NCBI RefSeq assembly: GCF_009914755.1
Contig: NC_060930.1
DNA length: 64,000 bases
Reading direction: 5' to 3' (one strand)
Source: the human T2T-CHM13v2.0 reference genome, Homo sapiens
Of this stretch, positions 44,421 to 60,744 are shown piece by piece; within the stretch, counting starts at the first letter, position 1, and each line of letters starts with the position of its first letter. Made by a program: the position numbers and the translations under genes. The notes beneath the pieces are model-generated. The model did not search any database. It saw only the letters and a program-made list of their open reading frames with translations, and was not told the DNA's origin.

Positions 44421-45409
44421 TGGAGAACTGGGGTGTTAATTTAATACATTATTTAATGGCTGTCAGATCCCACAGGACTTACTCTCATAGAACTCCTTTT
44501 GACTTGAATAGTTTTAGTCATAAGTTATTCAAGATACCTATGTCCTGGGCAAGAGAGCATGCATAGAACTGCTATATCAATATAAAAACCCGATTCCATG
44601 TTCAGAATAATTAAAAAAAAAAAAACCTTTGTGCTTGAGCAAAGGAGGATTGAGCAGAAGATACGTGTAAACATGTAAAATTCTCATCCCTGAGGGGTTT
44701 TAATGATCACAATCCGATCAGTGTTGTGAGTTTGGAGGACAGGAGTAACGCTTGGCACAAATCCACCATGGATTAGTAGCTATGTATGTGGTTTTGAACT
44801 TCAGAATAGCAGTGAGGTCATCATTGTTGGGAAATTTTAAAGTAGTAGAAAATGGGAACTCATGCATTTCAACTTATAATTAAAGACATTTGAATTAAGG
44901 TTGTTTTGGGGTACTTGTAATTTGAAGAAACTCTTTAAGAGAAAAGGGGAAAACTCGAGACAGAAGGTACAAACTCAAAAGCAGTCTGCTAAAATGAACT
45001 AAGAGTCAACACAAAGGAAAAGGGAGAGGTCAACGCATTCTCATACTGAATTTCAGTTGCTTTTGTATAGCAATATATTCTTTGTAGTAGTTTGTTTTTT
45101 TCTTTAGTTTGTATTCGCTAAGTATGAAAAGGAAAGAAAGAAAAAAATAGTTTCCTTCAAGCAGTATGTTATGGTCTCACACAATCTCTTTAAGAAATGT
45201 TAAAAACAATGCAAAACACAACAAAACCACAAGCACAGGAACTTTTGTTATATTCACAATATATAAACCATTTTCTTCTCAAGATGAAATATTCTATACT
45301 TCACATATCATTCTCTACTCTTTGTAGCCTGAAAAAAAAAATCACAAAAGATGATTCCCTATGAAAAAGTTGACTCTTGAGCCAAAATTAATTTTATTTA
45401 GTTTAGATT

Positions 45410-48400
45410 GGTTTAGTTTTTAACTTTTTTACTGTGATATATAAACACACATATAGAACAAAAACAGAACAAAAATTCTCAGTTAAGTGATTTATTACAA
45501 AGTGAATACCCTTGTAATCATGAAGTAGGAAGAAATAGCAAATTTCCCAAATTCAAAACACCCTTTATATACCTTAGTCATTATTCCTTACTTCTTTCTC
45601 CTCCAAATGTTTATTACCATCATTTTAATGGTAATCACATTCATGCTTGGTCTTTACAGATACACCGTACTAGTATGCATCCTTCAACACTTCATTTAGT
45701 GTCAGAGTTTTGAAGATTACCTGAATGGAATCATGGAGTGCGCATTCTATTAGTCTGGGGTCTTTCATTTCACTTTATATTTGAGAGATACATACCCAAT
45801 GTTGTTTTTAGTTGTTTATCAAATAATTCACAAGGATTGTATGGATATACCAGAACTTCTTTGTCTCTTCTACCTCTGATGGACTTCTGAGTTATTTCCA
45901 ATTTCAAATTATTAGGTACAATGCTACTATAACATTCTCATGCCTGTTTCTTGGGGCACATGCACTCATTGCCATTGGGTAGAAATTGTTGAGTCAATAG
46001 GTTATGTGTAAGTTCAACTTCAGTAAGTAATGTCAAACAGTTTTCCAAGAGGTTATACCAATTTACAACTCAATCATCAGGTAATGAGAGTTCTATTTGT
46101 TCCACATCCTCACCAACTCTTGTGGCTATCAGTTGTTTCCTTTTTAGCAGTTCTTGTGGATATATAGTAGTTACTTATTTTGGTTTTATTTGCATTTTTA
46201 TGATTGCTAATTTTAGTAGTCCATTCTTGTACTGATATAAAGAAATACCTGAGACTGGGTAATTTATAAAGAAAAGACCCTTAATTGGCTCATAGTTCTG
46301 CAGGCTGTACAGGAAGCATAGCAACCTTTACTTCTGGAAAGGCCTCAGGAAACTTCTAACCATGGCAGAAGGCAAAGTGGGAGTGAGGCACATCACATGG
46401 CCAGAGCAGGAGGAAGGAGGGGAGGTGCCGCACACTTTTAAACAACCAGATCTCAACTAGAACTCAGTATCGTGATGATGACACCAAGGGGGAATGGCAT
46501 TAAACAATGAGAAATTGCTCCCATGATCCAGTCACCTCCCACCAGGCCCCACCTCCGACATTGGGGATTGTAATTCAACATAAGATTTGGATAGGGACAC
46601 AGATCCAAACCATATTACTAATGAGATTGAACCCTCTTCCAGATGTTTATTGAATGCTTTGGATTTTTTCTTCTTTGAAGTACTTATTCAAATCTCTTGC
46701 CCATTTTTCTATTGAGCTGCCTTTTTCTTACCTATCTATAAATATCTTTTGTAGACTTGGTATGTGAGCCCTTTGTCAGATACTTGTACTGCACATACTA
46801 TCCCCAGCCTGAGGCTTGCCTCTTCACTCTCTTGATACTGTCTTTTGATAAAGATATTTTTAGTTTTAATGTAGCCCATTTATCAATCTTTGCCTATAGG
46901 GTTAGTGAATTTTCTGTCTTTTGAAAAGTTTTTTTCTCACTGTAAGGTCATGAAGACATTCCCTTATAGTATTTTCTAGAATGTTTGTTTTTATTTGCCT
47001 TTTACAATTAGATCTAAAAATCTAACTGGAATTATTTTCTGTTTGTATCTTATGATATAGAGGAACAACTTCCATTTTTAAAATATTGATATCCAATGGT
47101 CTCAGCACATTTTTTTCCCCACTGCTCTGTAGAGCTTTCTCATAAATCAATAATCTATATATGCATAAGTCTATTTGTGTGATTCTCATTTTAATCCATT
47201 GATCTAATCTATCCTTTTACCAATACCTCACTATTTCAGTTATATATTATTGTAATTACAATCAATATTTATTTTTACCAATATACTTTCCCTTTTCATT
47301 GCTCTCCATTTCTCCATGCATCCCAACCTTCCATCTGAACTTATTTTCCTCATGCTTGATGACTATCCTTTAGTGCAAGTGTTTAGAAAAGTAATTCTCT
47401 CGATTTCTGTTTGTCTGAAAAATACTTACTTCTCCTTCCTTCTTCAAGTATATTTTTATTGGGTATAAAATTTGTACCTTAGCAGGTTTTTTCCTCAGAC
47501 TTATAGATATATTACTCCATTCTCTTGCTTTTATTTTTTTGCCTGTTGAGAAGACAGCTCTCTGTGTACCTTTTGTGGCTTTGAAGATAACTGTCTTATT
47601 TTTCTTGCTACTTTTAAGATTTGTATTCTATCCTTCTGTCTCATTTATTCAGTAAGTTTGCACATAGGTGTGATGTTTTAAGAAAAAAAATTGCTTGGAG
47701 TTTGTGAGCATTCTTGAATCTGTAGTTTAATATCTTTCATCAGTTTTTGAAAGTTCTCAACAATGATCTCTTCAAATATTTCTTTTGCTCTCTTTTCCTC
47801 TATTGTGATGTTTTAAATACTAATACATTAGAATTCTTAATCTTTCCTGTAAATCTTGTATCACCTTTTCTGTGTTCTCCTTCTCTTTTTCTCCCTCTAC
47901 CTCTCTCCTTTTCTCTTTCCTATTCTATATATTTTATTTTTCTTATTTTACAGCTACCAATTCATCTTTTGCTAGGTCAAATCTGCTGTTATACCTATGC
48001 ACTGATTTTCTAATCTTGATAAATGTCATTTAAATTCCACATTTTCCATTTGATTCTTTCTTTATAACTTCCAGTTCCAATACTCAATCTTGTCTGTTAT
48101 TTCTTTGAACATAGAAAGCATAGTTATTTTATAGTCTGTGTCTTTTATCTTCATTTTGTGCAAATTTCTGTTTCTTATTATTTCTGCTATTTTCCTTAAA
48201 TGTGTTGTTTTCTCCAAGTGTGACTTATTATTTTTTATTATATGCCATTAATTGATTTTGTAAATTTGCTTATAGAAATAATTTGAGGCTTCAGATGATG
48301 TTGTCTTCCTCCAGGGAGGATTTACATTTGCTTTTGTCAGATATTTGGGCAGAACTGGCAAGGTGGGATTCATCCAGTCCAATTTCAAAGATTTCATGAT

Positions 48401-48770
48401 GTAAAGCCAAGTTCTGGCAACTGTGAAGGTCTCCTTACTTCTAGTTCACCCTTAATTCCAAAGGTATAGTGTAGCAAAAGCAAAGAGAATTACCAGGACT
48501 CTACAATTTTGGCAGGCCCTGAACTCCAATTTCTGATCCCTGGTCCTACTGGTTTGTCAAATGCATAGGTCAGCCTTACAGCTGCCCCATCCAGAATGAA
48601 GAAGTGTTCTTAGAGGGAAGATAGCTTCAACTCTCAGACTCATATTCACAGACTTCTATTTCCTTCCATTATCTGTCCCAATAATTCTTCAATATGTTAG
48701 TAGATTTCATTTCCTTTAAGCATATACTCAAAAACACTTTGTCGAACTTTATTTTAAGTGGAAATGTTGG
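45410..48770 (-). mobile_element. Old L1M/L1ME fragments, interrupted by MST
   Basis: tgtcaaacagttttccaa...gttccacatcctcaccaac...gagccctttgtcagata...tgatatccaat. Confidence 0.75.
46212..46617 (-). mobile_element. MSTA/B solo LTR
   Basis: aaagaaatacctgagactgggtaatttataaagaaaaga...gggacacagatccaaaccatatta; perfect TSD ctaat (46207-11, 46618-22). Confidence 0.92.
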
Positions 48771-49309
48771 TTAGAATTACCTCTGTTTGGAGCAGAAGCT
48801 TAGAAAATGAGTTCGTTTCTGTAAGCATGAACTCATTGTCTCATCTTCTCAAGTAAGAAAAATATATCAGAAGGTAAAATTATGAATATTTCATAAAACT
48901 CAAAGCTGGAGAAAAGTGGTATAGAAAGTATTTTTAGGAGACCATGAAATATGAAGTTTTTAATTCTGATCTGATCATATTATTCACTTCTTTTCTTAGT
49001 TTAATTAAACTACTAATGAAATATGACCAGAAACTCTACAAGGGAGCCACTGCTACTTGAATCAACAAGGGCTTAGAAAGTATGCTTTCGACTGCCAGTG
49101 GAGGGGAAAAAATGTTGGCTCTTAGCTAAAGTGCCTTTAAGATTCTAAATGGTGCCAAAATTTTAAATTCACAATTTGGTTTATTTGTGAAAGAAAACAG
49201 GAAAACCATCGTGATAGATTATGTTTTTCTGACTACAAGTTCTAAGGCTTTGAAAGTTGTGGTTTCCAGAATGTAAAAGAAAGAGAGCCAGAGACAGTGT
49301 TTTATATTC

Positions 49310-49474
49310 TTTTTTTTTTTCAAAAATAATTTTTAAGTTTTTTTTTTAAAAAAAATAGAGACAAGATTTCACCATGTTGCCCAGGCTGGCCTCAAACTCC
49401 TGGGCTCAAGTAATTCCTCCTGTCTCGGCCTCCCAAAGTGCCAGGATTACAGGTGTGAGCCACCATGCCTTGCC
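49310..49474 (-). mobile_element. FLAM or Alu left monomer
   Basis: tagagacaagatttcaccatgttgcccaggctgg...gtgagccacc; flanking ttttatattct repeat. Confidence 0.85.
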
Positions 49475-50938
49475 AAGAATATTTTATATTCTAGAGCCAC
49501 AGCAAAGCAGGAAAATTATAGTGGTCTAATGACGTTGTTCGGTATGGGATTTAAACTTGAGATGATATATGCTTGTATTTGAATTGCTAAATGGCATGCA
49601 TTTTTCTGTCTGGCTATAGGACAGAACTGCAAAGTAAAAGCATAATTGCAAACTATTTTGGAATTTGCTGACCAAATTATCAATTGTTTCATATTAGCAC
49701 CATGGTCAGCTTTATGTTCTTATCTTGTGATATCATTTAATTAATCAAAGTACTAGTTATAAAAACTAGACATTTGTTTTTTTTCCTCTAAAATAAAAAC
49801 AGCAGACAAAGAGCTGTAGTTTCAGGAAAAGAGTGCGAAAACCAAGAACTGGCAATCTTTCACACCTCCTTATCTTATAGCAATTGTAAGATTATTTGAA
49901 AATTCTACACTGAAGTGATTAAAGTGATTAAAATGATGAAAAGGAGCAATGCATAGCTGGCAGCAAACATGGCATGTTTTATATAAAGAAAAGTAGGCAT
50001 TGATGTAGTTTGAGAGCAGCCAACTACAGGCTGCCAGGGTCTGTCCAAAATTATGTGTTCAGGACTTTGGCTTTTGTCAGTATGGTAGGTAAGATACTCT
50101 GAAGGATCCTCCTAGGGGAAAAAAACATCCTCTCCATAAAACATTTTTATCATATTTCTCGGCTTGCAGGCAATAAAGGAAAATGCTAAAGAAACTGTCA
50201 CTCCAACACAAAAACATGCTGAAAATGGAACCATGAACACACTCAAAAATAACTTTACTTTTACGGCACATGCCTGTATTTGTGCTACAATTTGGGAAAC
50301 TATGTCTTGGACCATGAACAAAATGGGTGAAATGAATCAGACTCTAGGATTATTAACCCAAGAACTCCCCAAGGAAGACAAAGTTGCCTAAGGCCAGTAG
50401 TACTTTCCTGCTTCTGATAGAAACAAACATAATTCTTCTCCAAAGGTAATCATCCTCAATTTAAGCCACAAATTTTCATGGATAAAGACAAATCATATCA
50501 AGGTCAGAATCAAAGATCATTAAGTGCACACAAAAGCACTATAAGTGGGTTTCAGTAGTGACCACAAGCAAATTGAGATGTTGGAATTATTGAATAATCA
50601 ATATAAGTTTCTAAGTAAAAATCTTTAAATAAGCAAAAATGAATTATGACTAACTTTAGCAAAATTAACTTTCATGAGGTGGCTTGTGCACCACTTTATA
50701 AACTTTCCGTTCCGCCTCTTATCCAGCCATCGATGCAGTGCCCAGTTCCACATGCTCTGTAAACAGCTTTGTTCGAATGCACCTGCTGATATGTTTTCTC
50801 AAACAGTGTGGGTCTCATCTCTTCCTTCCTGCCTGGGAATTCTCTGATACCGTAGCATGGGAACTCACTTGGTACTCATGTATGCACGACCTGGGAGAAT
50901 TCCTGCCCATAGTGCCCCACTTTGACCAATGGAGATAA

Positions 50939-51287
<349 letters not shown>

Positions 51288-51309
51288 TGTTCTGCACCAT
51301 TTCATAAAA

Positions 51310-52130
51310 ATTTTTTATATCTCAAGTTTGTAATAATCTCTTGTATTGTCTTTTAAATTTAAAATTTTGTTTTCCAAATTTGAGTCTTTAATCCATTGGG
51401 ATTACTCTTTGGTTAAAGGGTGGCTGTGACATACCAATAAGATTTGATTTAATTTTATTTTAATATGGATGACCAATTGCCCTAACCCCCAATGTGAGCC
51501 TCAAGCTGGACTCTTCATTCTGATTAGTGGATAAAATTATTTATCTCAATTCTAATATTACAGCTTTGTTATTTAGCTTTATAATATATTTCTCTTCCAT
51601 CCTTACTCTTTTTATTGTGTCCTCCATGTTCTGGCTCCACATGGGTCTTTTCCATTCTGTATAAGTTATATAATTATTTGTAAAATCATTGAAAAAGTCT
51701 GCTTGGGTTTTTAAAATTTGGTTGGGTTTCCAACGAAGTTTGGAAATTTTTTGGAAAGAAATTATATCCTTAAGTGGAGATTTTGTGTATTCCTACCTTA
51801 AACATGAGATATGTTTTTTTTTTTTTTTGAAGTATTTAGGTCTTCTTCAATTTTTCAGAGTTTCACCATTTTCTCCATACATATTCTGAGCATCTCTTAT
51901 TAGAATTTTATCTTTACGTTTTTCCTTTTTGTTTCAACTGTAAATGGTACATTTTTGTAGATTATATTTAAAATATTGTTTTCTAGCAAATAGTAATGCA
52001 ATTCCCTATGTATATTGATTTTCTACCTAGACATCTTGCTATAGTCTCTTTATTATTCTAATATTTTATTTATACCTTCTTTTCATTTTCTAGGTAGACA
52101 ACCATATCATGCAAAAAAAGAATTCCTTTT
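51310..52130 (-). mobile_element. Old L1M fragment
   Basis: gtctttaatccattgg...gtatattgattttctacctag...ttttctaggtagacaaccatatcat. Confidence 0.6.
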
Positions 52131-52149
52131 TTTAGATATTTAAAACATT

Positions 52150-52478
52150 TAGTTATGTGACTTGGCCACATGACTTGTTTTGGCCATTGGGATGTTACTG
52201 AGCATGGTAAGAGTAGAGGCTTGAAGTATGGATGCATAATTGGGCTGGCCCTCTGGACTCCAATCTTTGGCCATGAGAAGAACATGCCTTGAATAACCAT
52301 TGGTTCAAGGAAGATGAAAGACATGAGCTGCAGATCTAGCTTCGACCCATAGTTTGGAGTAATCTCAGCCAAACTTAGGCTATATCAGCCAAACCTCAGC
52401 AAAGTGAGAAATAAATGTCCACTGTAGCACGTCACTGAGATTGTGTGGTTGGTTGTAACAATAGCAGACTGATGCAAC
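52150..52478. mobile_element. MLT1H/I-like LTR
   Basis: ggccacatgacttgttttggcca...gccatgagaagaacatgcc...gtgagaaataaatg. Confidence 0.65.
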
Positions 52479-53139
52479 ATTGAACTCTTTGTCATGTGAG
52501 AGTGCTCCCATGTCAATAAATATTTCTGACCAACCTTATAAACTAATTCCCTTTGTATTTTGCCCTTTCTGGTCCTACATCCTTGTAAAGCACTCCCATA
52601 TATAGTCTCCTGGTTCCTGCGCTTATATTTTTGCCAGGTTTAGCATTTTTGGGGTGTGTAAGTGACTTTTTTTTCTGAAAACAGGGACTATATTTCCCTA
52701 TTTGGATCATGCTGAGATTTGACTTGAATGTTTGCTCAGAGGAAATAAATAATGAAGGGGTTACTCTTCAGGAACATAAACATCATCTTGCAAGGCACCT
52801 GACTCAAGAAAGGCCTTTTCAGGAAAGGGAAGCCTGCTTTCCTCTAGCAAGTAGAAAGGACTTCTGATAGTCAATAGGTTTAGTGGACTCTGGGGCTTTA
52901 GATTCTTGGCTCTTCAACACAAATGTCCCCCTTCCAGATCTGAGTCCCACTCTTCTGTTACAACCCTGATTTTGACAGTGGATAATTTTTAAGGCTGTGC
53001 ATTAAGTTTCTTTTGTAGTTCTGCCAACGTTATCATTAAGAAATGAAGTACAAGAAGTCTGTGACATAAATTGTTTCTAAGAATTAAGCCCTTACTATCT
53101 TTCTTACATTATTTTACTTAGTTTTCCCAATACATTCTA

Positions 53140-53280
53140 AAGTCAAGGTAACTATTATCCTCATATTTAAAGGGAAAAAGTAAAGTTTACAGAGATAAAG
53201 TAACTTGCAGGAGACTTTAGCCAATAGGTAGCAGAGTCAAGATTTGAATAATTAGGTCCATTAGACTTCAAAGCCCACAC
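53140..53280 (-). mobile_element. MIR SINE
   Basis: aggtaactattatcctcatatt...aagtaacttgc...gcagagtcaagatttgaa...gacttcaaagccc. Confidence 0.7.
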
Positions 53281-53691
53281 AATGATATGTGGAATGACCA
53301 TGGACATGAAAATGAATGAAGTACAGAAACAGTTTCTTATTTTACCAAAATTATTCAAAACCAAAAATAAGTAAATGGAAATTAAAAAGAAAGCAAATAC
53401 AGATGTTTGAGGGGGGAAATATCATTGTTAGAAACTGACAGAATTTTAAGGAGCCAGGTATTATGAGAGGTATAACACACGTAGACAGGGGTAGTCAGTC
53501 ACATACTAGGAAAGAAATTAAGATTACTGAACACTTAGTAAGTTCCAGACACTACCCCACATGCTTTCACATACATTTTTAAATTTAAACTTGACAATAT
53601 ATTGTAGATCTAGGCATTGTCCAGAACTAGTAGGTGAGGGAGCAGAGTTTTGGCTCAGCTCTGACTTCAATGCCTATGTTCTTTCTACTAG

Positions 53692-53875
53692 ACCCACATT
53701 CATCTAAGTGTGGTCCTTGGACCAGCACCATCAGCATCACCTAGCAGCAAAAACCTGGCAGTTTTGTTAGAGATGCAGAATTTTAGGCTCAACCCAGACC
53801 TTCTGATCAGAAGCAGTATTTTAACAACATTTTCAGGTGAGTTCTGTGCACATTAAACTCTGAGGAGTACCACAT
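53692..53875. mobile_element. MER5 MITE
   Basis: aagtgtggtccttggaccagcaccatcagcatcacct...gttagagatgcagaatt...caggtga.ttctgtgcacattaaa. Confidence 0.8.
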
Positions 53876-54649
53876 CATTGCATATAATTTCAGCACATGC
53901 TGACTTGGAGAACTTAAAAAGTTTAACAATGAACCCACAGGAAGTCTGTCTTCATAGAACTTGGTAAATAACAAGACGTTTAAATCTCTCAGTGGTCTTA
54001 AAACAAGACCCAAACGAGGCTAAACGCTATGGAAATCCTGGCTAATTTTGTCTCTAGCTCTTTATTCACACAGGCAAACCTTGAGTTACTTGAATAAGTT
54101 ATAGTGAAGGATATTTATTAAGAAACCTCCATGCCCTGAACTATGTTCATGGCAAGACTTCAGAGAATAAGAAATGTTCCTTGTCATTAAAGAACTTTTA
54201 ATATAAATGTAAAATATAAACTTAGATAAAACAAAAAAAATGTGAACAAACCAACAAGAAAGCACACAAGAAAGGATATAGAATAGAAGCAGGCAGATGA
54301 CAGAGGTGTGGGTTTTATAGAAGTTCCTGGAGGCCTCAGTTGGCAGAGCCACATGAGTTTACACCGTAAGGCTTCTTGCGAAGTGATTCGAGTCAGAGCT
54401 TTGAAGGAAGAACTGTGGTTCCTTGGACAGCAAGTACTAAGCATTTCAGTAAAGGGAAATACCACAAAATAGTTGCTTGGAGATGAGGCGAAGAAAACCA
54501 TGATTCATATACAGAAGTGAAGGTATTTATCTAGAGAGTAGAAGATGAATTGAGGCCAGATTCAGCTAAGGGTCCATGTTTGACTGAGTGTGTCAAGATT
54601 AAGAAGAGAAAGTAAGGAGTAGCTGGGAAAGAAAGGAAAGGAAGAGGAG

Positions 54650-54963
54650 AACGGTGTATACACATGTATTAGGGAGAGAGACTGAGGGTAAGAGACTGAT
54701 TGATTTTAAGGAATGGACTGGCAACATACAGGAAGAATTCCTTCATCTTTGCGGAGCCACTCCACTCCCCTTTTTAGGGCCTCCAAATGATTGGATGAGG
54801 CTCACACATATTATAGAGGATAATGAGTTTTATTCAAAGCCCGCAGATTTAAATGTTAATTACGTCTAAAAAGATACCTACAAAACAACATCTAGAATGG
54901 TATTTGACCAAACAACTGTGCATCATAGCTTTGACAAGTTGGCACATAAAATTAACCATCACG
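54650..54963 (-). mobile_element. MLT2 (ERVL) LTR fragment
   Basis: tgattggatgaggctcacac...gatttaaatgttaat...caagttggcacataaaattaaccatcac. Confidence 0.8.
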
Positions 54964-57641
54964 GCATATATAGAGGCACTAAAATTTTCTCAGGTGTCCT
55001 TTCAAGTCTGTTGGAGTAGGGTGATTATGGCCAATGTCACTGCCTCCATCAGCAGTGGAGAGTGTGGCCAGTGAGATTGAATTGATTATTATTATGATTT
55101 GAAAATGTTTTCTAACTGTATTTTGACTATTAGGTTGATATCAATAGATATTCAGTATCAATATCACAGAAAATGACGTGACATGTGGATTTTATTCAGT
55201 AACATTAGAGTTATTTGTTCAGTTCTGAATGCCATGATTTGAACAAAGCAGAGTTCATTCAGAGTAGAATGTCCAGAATAGGTTATCCTTGAAACAAGAA
55301 GATTTTGGAGGATGCAATATTTGTTTGTTTTGGACAACATAAAATGGAGCTAAACTGATCCTATGTTGCTCCAGAGGATGGATCAGGACCAATGGGTAAG
55401 AGGCACATGATGTCAGTAGAACTTCTTAGCAAGCAGAACTTCATATAGCCGAGCCAACTATCTAGAGGAGCATTTGCGAAAGCAATTAGCTGACTCCAGC
55501 ATATACTCTCTCAGAGGTAACATGGAGGTGATTCCTGGGTGGTGGTTCAGGTTGAAAAGATGACCATTCATGTGTATTCTGCCTCTAAGATGCTTTGTTC
55601 TAAGGCAGTGCCTTTGCTTAGTCATTTTGCTGCCTGTTCCCTGACTAAATAAATATTTGGGTATGAACTATGTAAAAAGAGCCCGGAAAACATTGGGAGC
55701 ATTTATCGGCTCTTTTGATCCCTCTGTTTGCTTTTAGATCAGCAGTTAAGAAAGGGGTAGAGTGGTGGGCCTAAGAGTAACTTTTATTTTTCTCATACTT
55801 CTCTGAATATTCCAAATTTTCTACCATGAATGTGTATTAATGTTATTTTTAACAAGGCAAAGTGAGTGGGGCCAAGTCTACAGTCTACTTTATGTTGACC
55901 ACAAATGACCCTGTGTATAGAAGTCTTTCCGGCCCTTAGAATAGTGAAGGGGTCTGGGAGAGAGCAGTTGGGAAAGAAGAGGAGCCAGAACTTTGCGTAA
56001 CCTCTTATTTTTTTAAAAAAGTCTCATCGTGGTTTTGACCAGTATTTTTTAGCATACGGCTATTCCAGGCCCCCTATTTTCTGGCAGATTCATAACACCA
56101 AAATTAAAATGTGATTTTGCTTTCCTTTCTTAAGTTGGAAATGCCCCAAACTCAAATGCCCCAGGGTGTGTCAAGGGGGGTTAGGCCTAGAAGGTGATGG
56201 AGACTCTCTTCAATGCTCCTTTTTCTGTGATATGACAGGAGGTCAAGGCACTGGGACAGGCTAAGACTATCAGACTTTGGGAGGCACAGTAGGGATATGG
56301 AAGTTAGCTGCAGAGAAAGCTTCTGCAGGAAAACAGATTTTGCACTTGCATACTTTTATTCCAGACTGGAGAGATCCCCAAACAGATATGGGAACACATT
56401 GGGAGGAAGCGAGCAGACTATACCCTTAGACCAAGGACTTTCTGTGTCTCTCTACTGCAGTTTGCCTGAAGATGGACAGTACAGCTCACTGTTGGTTACT
56501 GTTTTCCTTTGAAAGAGACCCTCTTGGAGATACTGATTCCAGTGACATGAGAGGTGGAGCACTAATATCTGGTAGAATTTACTGCTGGCTAAGTGTTCAT
56601 AAATCCTAAGAAAGAAAGACTTGCAGCAACAGATTGCATCAAGACTTGAGAGAACTGTTAGGAGTAGAATCCTGCAACTTTTCTTAAGGACAGTGAGGTT
56701 TTATTTCTGTACATTTCCCAGATGGTCAACCAAAATCTGGCTGTAACTTTTCATGCACCCTGACTTGGTATCAAACGAAACTAAGTAATAACTGGCTAGT
56801 AGGCTTCATCTTAATCTTGCTCTTTTGATTCACCAGAAAAAAAAAGTTTATTTCACCTATCATTTGTGTAGTATATTTAATAGCACACACTTAAACTTTG
56901 AAAAATGAGTCCAAGACTTCCTTAATTTTGAAGATAAAGCATTAAAAGAATAAATGAAATTGGAAAATTCTTTAACATTACCCAAATCAAAGACAGAGAA
57001 ATTTCACTACTTTCCTGGTGTAAGGATGACCTGATTGGCTTTCCTACTGAGGCTGAGAACTCTGTGCCATCTAGAGGATGCGATTTAAGGGAGGTCAAGG
57101 CAGAGCAGAAAGATGAGGTCATTGGAACTTTCCCTCTGTCTTACTGCTTATGAGGCTTGAGGCTAGAACCTGGTAAGTTGCCTGCTTTTGCTATATTATA
57201 ACTTTTGTTGTCTGGTTTATTGTTGATGGTTCTGATAAATATAGATCTGCCTTGATGGACAAAATTGTCATGAGGATTAAATTATTAAGACGTGTAAAGT
57301 ACTCCAAACAGAGCTTGGCATATAATAAGTGTTCAATAAACTATCATTGTTGCCTCAATCCAATTATCAGTGCCCCTCTTAGGTTTTTTCTCAGTTGCAT
57401 AACTGCTGTTTTATTATCCTGGATGTTTGTCTTTCAATCTGGTGGGAAAGGGACCAAGAAGAGAAAACAGAAGAGAAAGGAGGGTAAGAATTAGCCCTCA
57501 ATGTAGGAATTTTTTTTTTTTAGAGTGTAATCACTGCTTGTAAAATGCATTATTAGTTGGTGTGTGAAGGAAATAGATTCAGGAACTTTTGAGCATCGGT
57601 GAACACCCTTACATAGTTGCAGGAAGTATATTCAGTTTTTG

Positions 57642-57686
57642 CATAAACATAAATTTCATAAACATAAATTTCATAAACACAAATTT
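57642..57686. repeat. 15-bp tandem repeat x3
   Basis: cataaacataaattt x2 followed by cataaacacaaattt. Confidence 0.88.
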
Positions 57687-58058
57687 GCAAAACCACAAAT
57701 GAAAACCTAATAAATGCAGCAATAGAAAAGAGAAGACAACACTAATATTTCTGATCTGCTGCCTGGTTTGCTCTTGGCGTAGGTCCTAATATCTTGCATG
57801 TCTACAAGGGTATGTGCACATTGTCCATTTGAACAGCTATTTCAGTCAACTCAGTCTACTGATATTAGATGTATTTTATTTAAATGCATATTCCCCTACC
57901 TTTGACTTGGTATTCAAGACATCAGTATTAATTTTCATATAAATTTTGACTCATTTAACAGACTAGGGTGGAGACTTGTGTCTGAAACACTGAATTTTAC
58001 ACATAGTTTAGTTACAATATATTTTTTCCCTGTAAAAGGAGTAACTTCTGAAGAGCTA

Positions 58059-58366
<308 letters not shown>

Positions 58367-58520
58367 AAATACAGGGAGTTAATTGATCTACTTATTTCCA
58401 ATCCCCATAACTAGTTATTCATCTGAAACTCCATACATGGATCTTTGGCATTTTTATAAAACTCATCACTCTATTTTTTTTTAATGAGGCTTTTCTTTTA
58501 CTTTGAGTTTATTATTTGAT

Positions 58521-58766
58521 TTTTTTTTTTTTTCCGGCTCACTGCAGCCTTGACTTCCTGGGCTCAGGTGATCCTCCCACCTCAGCCTCCTGAGTAGCTG
58601 GGACCACAGGTACACCATCATGCCCAGATAATTTTTTGTATTTGTAGTAGAGACAGGGTTTTGTCATGTTGTCCAGGTTGGTCTCAAATTCCTGGGCTCA
58701 AGTGATCCTCCCACCTCAGCCTCCCAAAGTGCTGAGATTACAGGCATGAGCCGCCGCACCACACCT
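58521..58766 (-). mobile_element. AluJ with a deletion next to the tail
   Basis: T-tail joined directly to cggctcactgcagcc; TSD ttatttgattttt. Confidence 0.9.
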
Positions 58767-58992
58767 CTTATTTGATTTTTTGAAAAATTACTTAAGAACT
58801 CTATGTCTGTATTACCAAGTGAAATAATAAACTAAAGGTAACCCTCTCTTCCTCCTCTCTATTACTCTTCCACCCCTCTGCCCTTCAGCCTAGCTATCTA
58901 ACAGTAAAAGGCTGTTATATATCTCTACCTTGTTGCTCAGACATATTCACACAGTATATACACTTATACATAGTGTTTTTTATGTTTCTGGG

Positions 58993-59313
<321 letters not shown>

Positions 59314-59435
59314 GGGTTTGTTTTTTACTGAAGGAGGATTATATTACACGTATTACGTTAAAAATACCTTTTTCACTTGGCAATGCAAGGCAAATGATTT
59401 CTGACCTAGTAGTTTGGGTGAAACAATTGCCTGGA

Positions 59436-59479
59436 CCTCCCAAAGTACTGAGATTACAGGCGTGAGCCACTGTGCTTAG
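59436..59479 (-). mobile_element. Alu 5' fragment
   Basis: cctcccaaagtactgagattacaggcgtgagccactgtgc. Confidence 0.8.
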
Positions 59480-60110
59480 TCACAGAAGTTATACTTCTAA
59501 AATTATGAAAGCTTAAAATTCTCACCAAGACTTTTGGGACAGTGCACAGTATGTTGCATTACATTCAGAAACAAAAGATATTTATGTATACACACATATC
59601 CTCATTTTTGTACAAGTTTATTTATGTGTATGATGTATCTTGTATATAGTGACAACCTAATACATTCCAATGGACAACTGGGATGGAGATAGGGCCAATT
59701 GTGGGACTGTTGTAAAGTGGGTGGATAAATTTTTCACTATATAATCCAATTCAATGTTTAAATAGGTTTTAACTCTGTGTGCATTTTAAAAAACAGAATA
59801 GTATGAAAAAATATTTTAAATGCTGTGTGCAGAAATACTTTGTGTGGGACTTTTTAGTGTGGGATTATTAAACAGGCCATTTAATATAGTTTTGCCCATC
59901 ACCAACACATCAAAAATGCAAAGAACCCACTTATGGAATAGGCACACCAATGAGATACCCCAAATACTCCCCCAGCTAAATATTTCTGCCTTGTAGTAAG
60001 GAATCTCATGTCCTAACAGGGAGAAAGAGGCGAGCAGAGAGTCCTGTCCCCAGAAGCAAAGGACTGAAATCCAGTTACCATCCCATAGGGGTATAAGAAT
60101 TCTGAGATAT

Positions 60111-60744
<634 letters not shown>

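Noticed and set aside
57642-57686. Short direct repeats as a CRISPR-like array (also 42649-42699, 39277-39307)
   Set aside because: No unique spacers, low complexity, eukaryotic context; ordinary slippage repeats.
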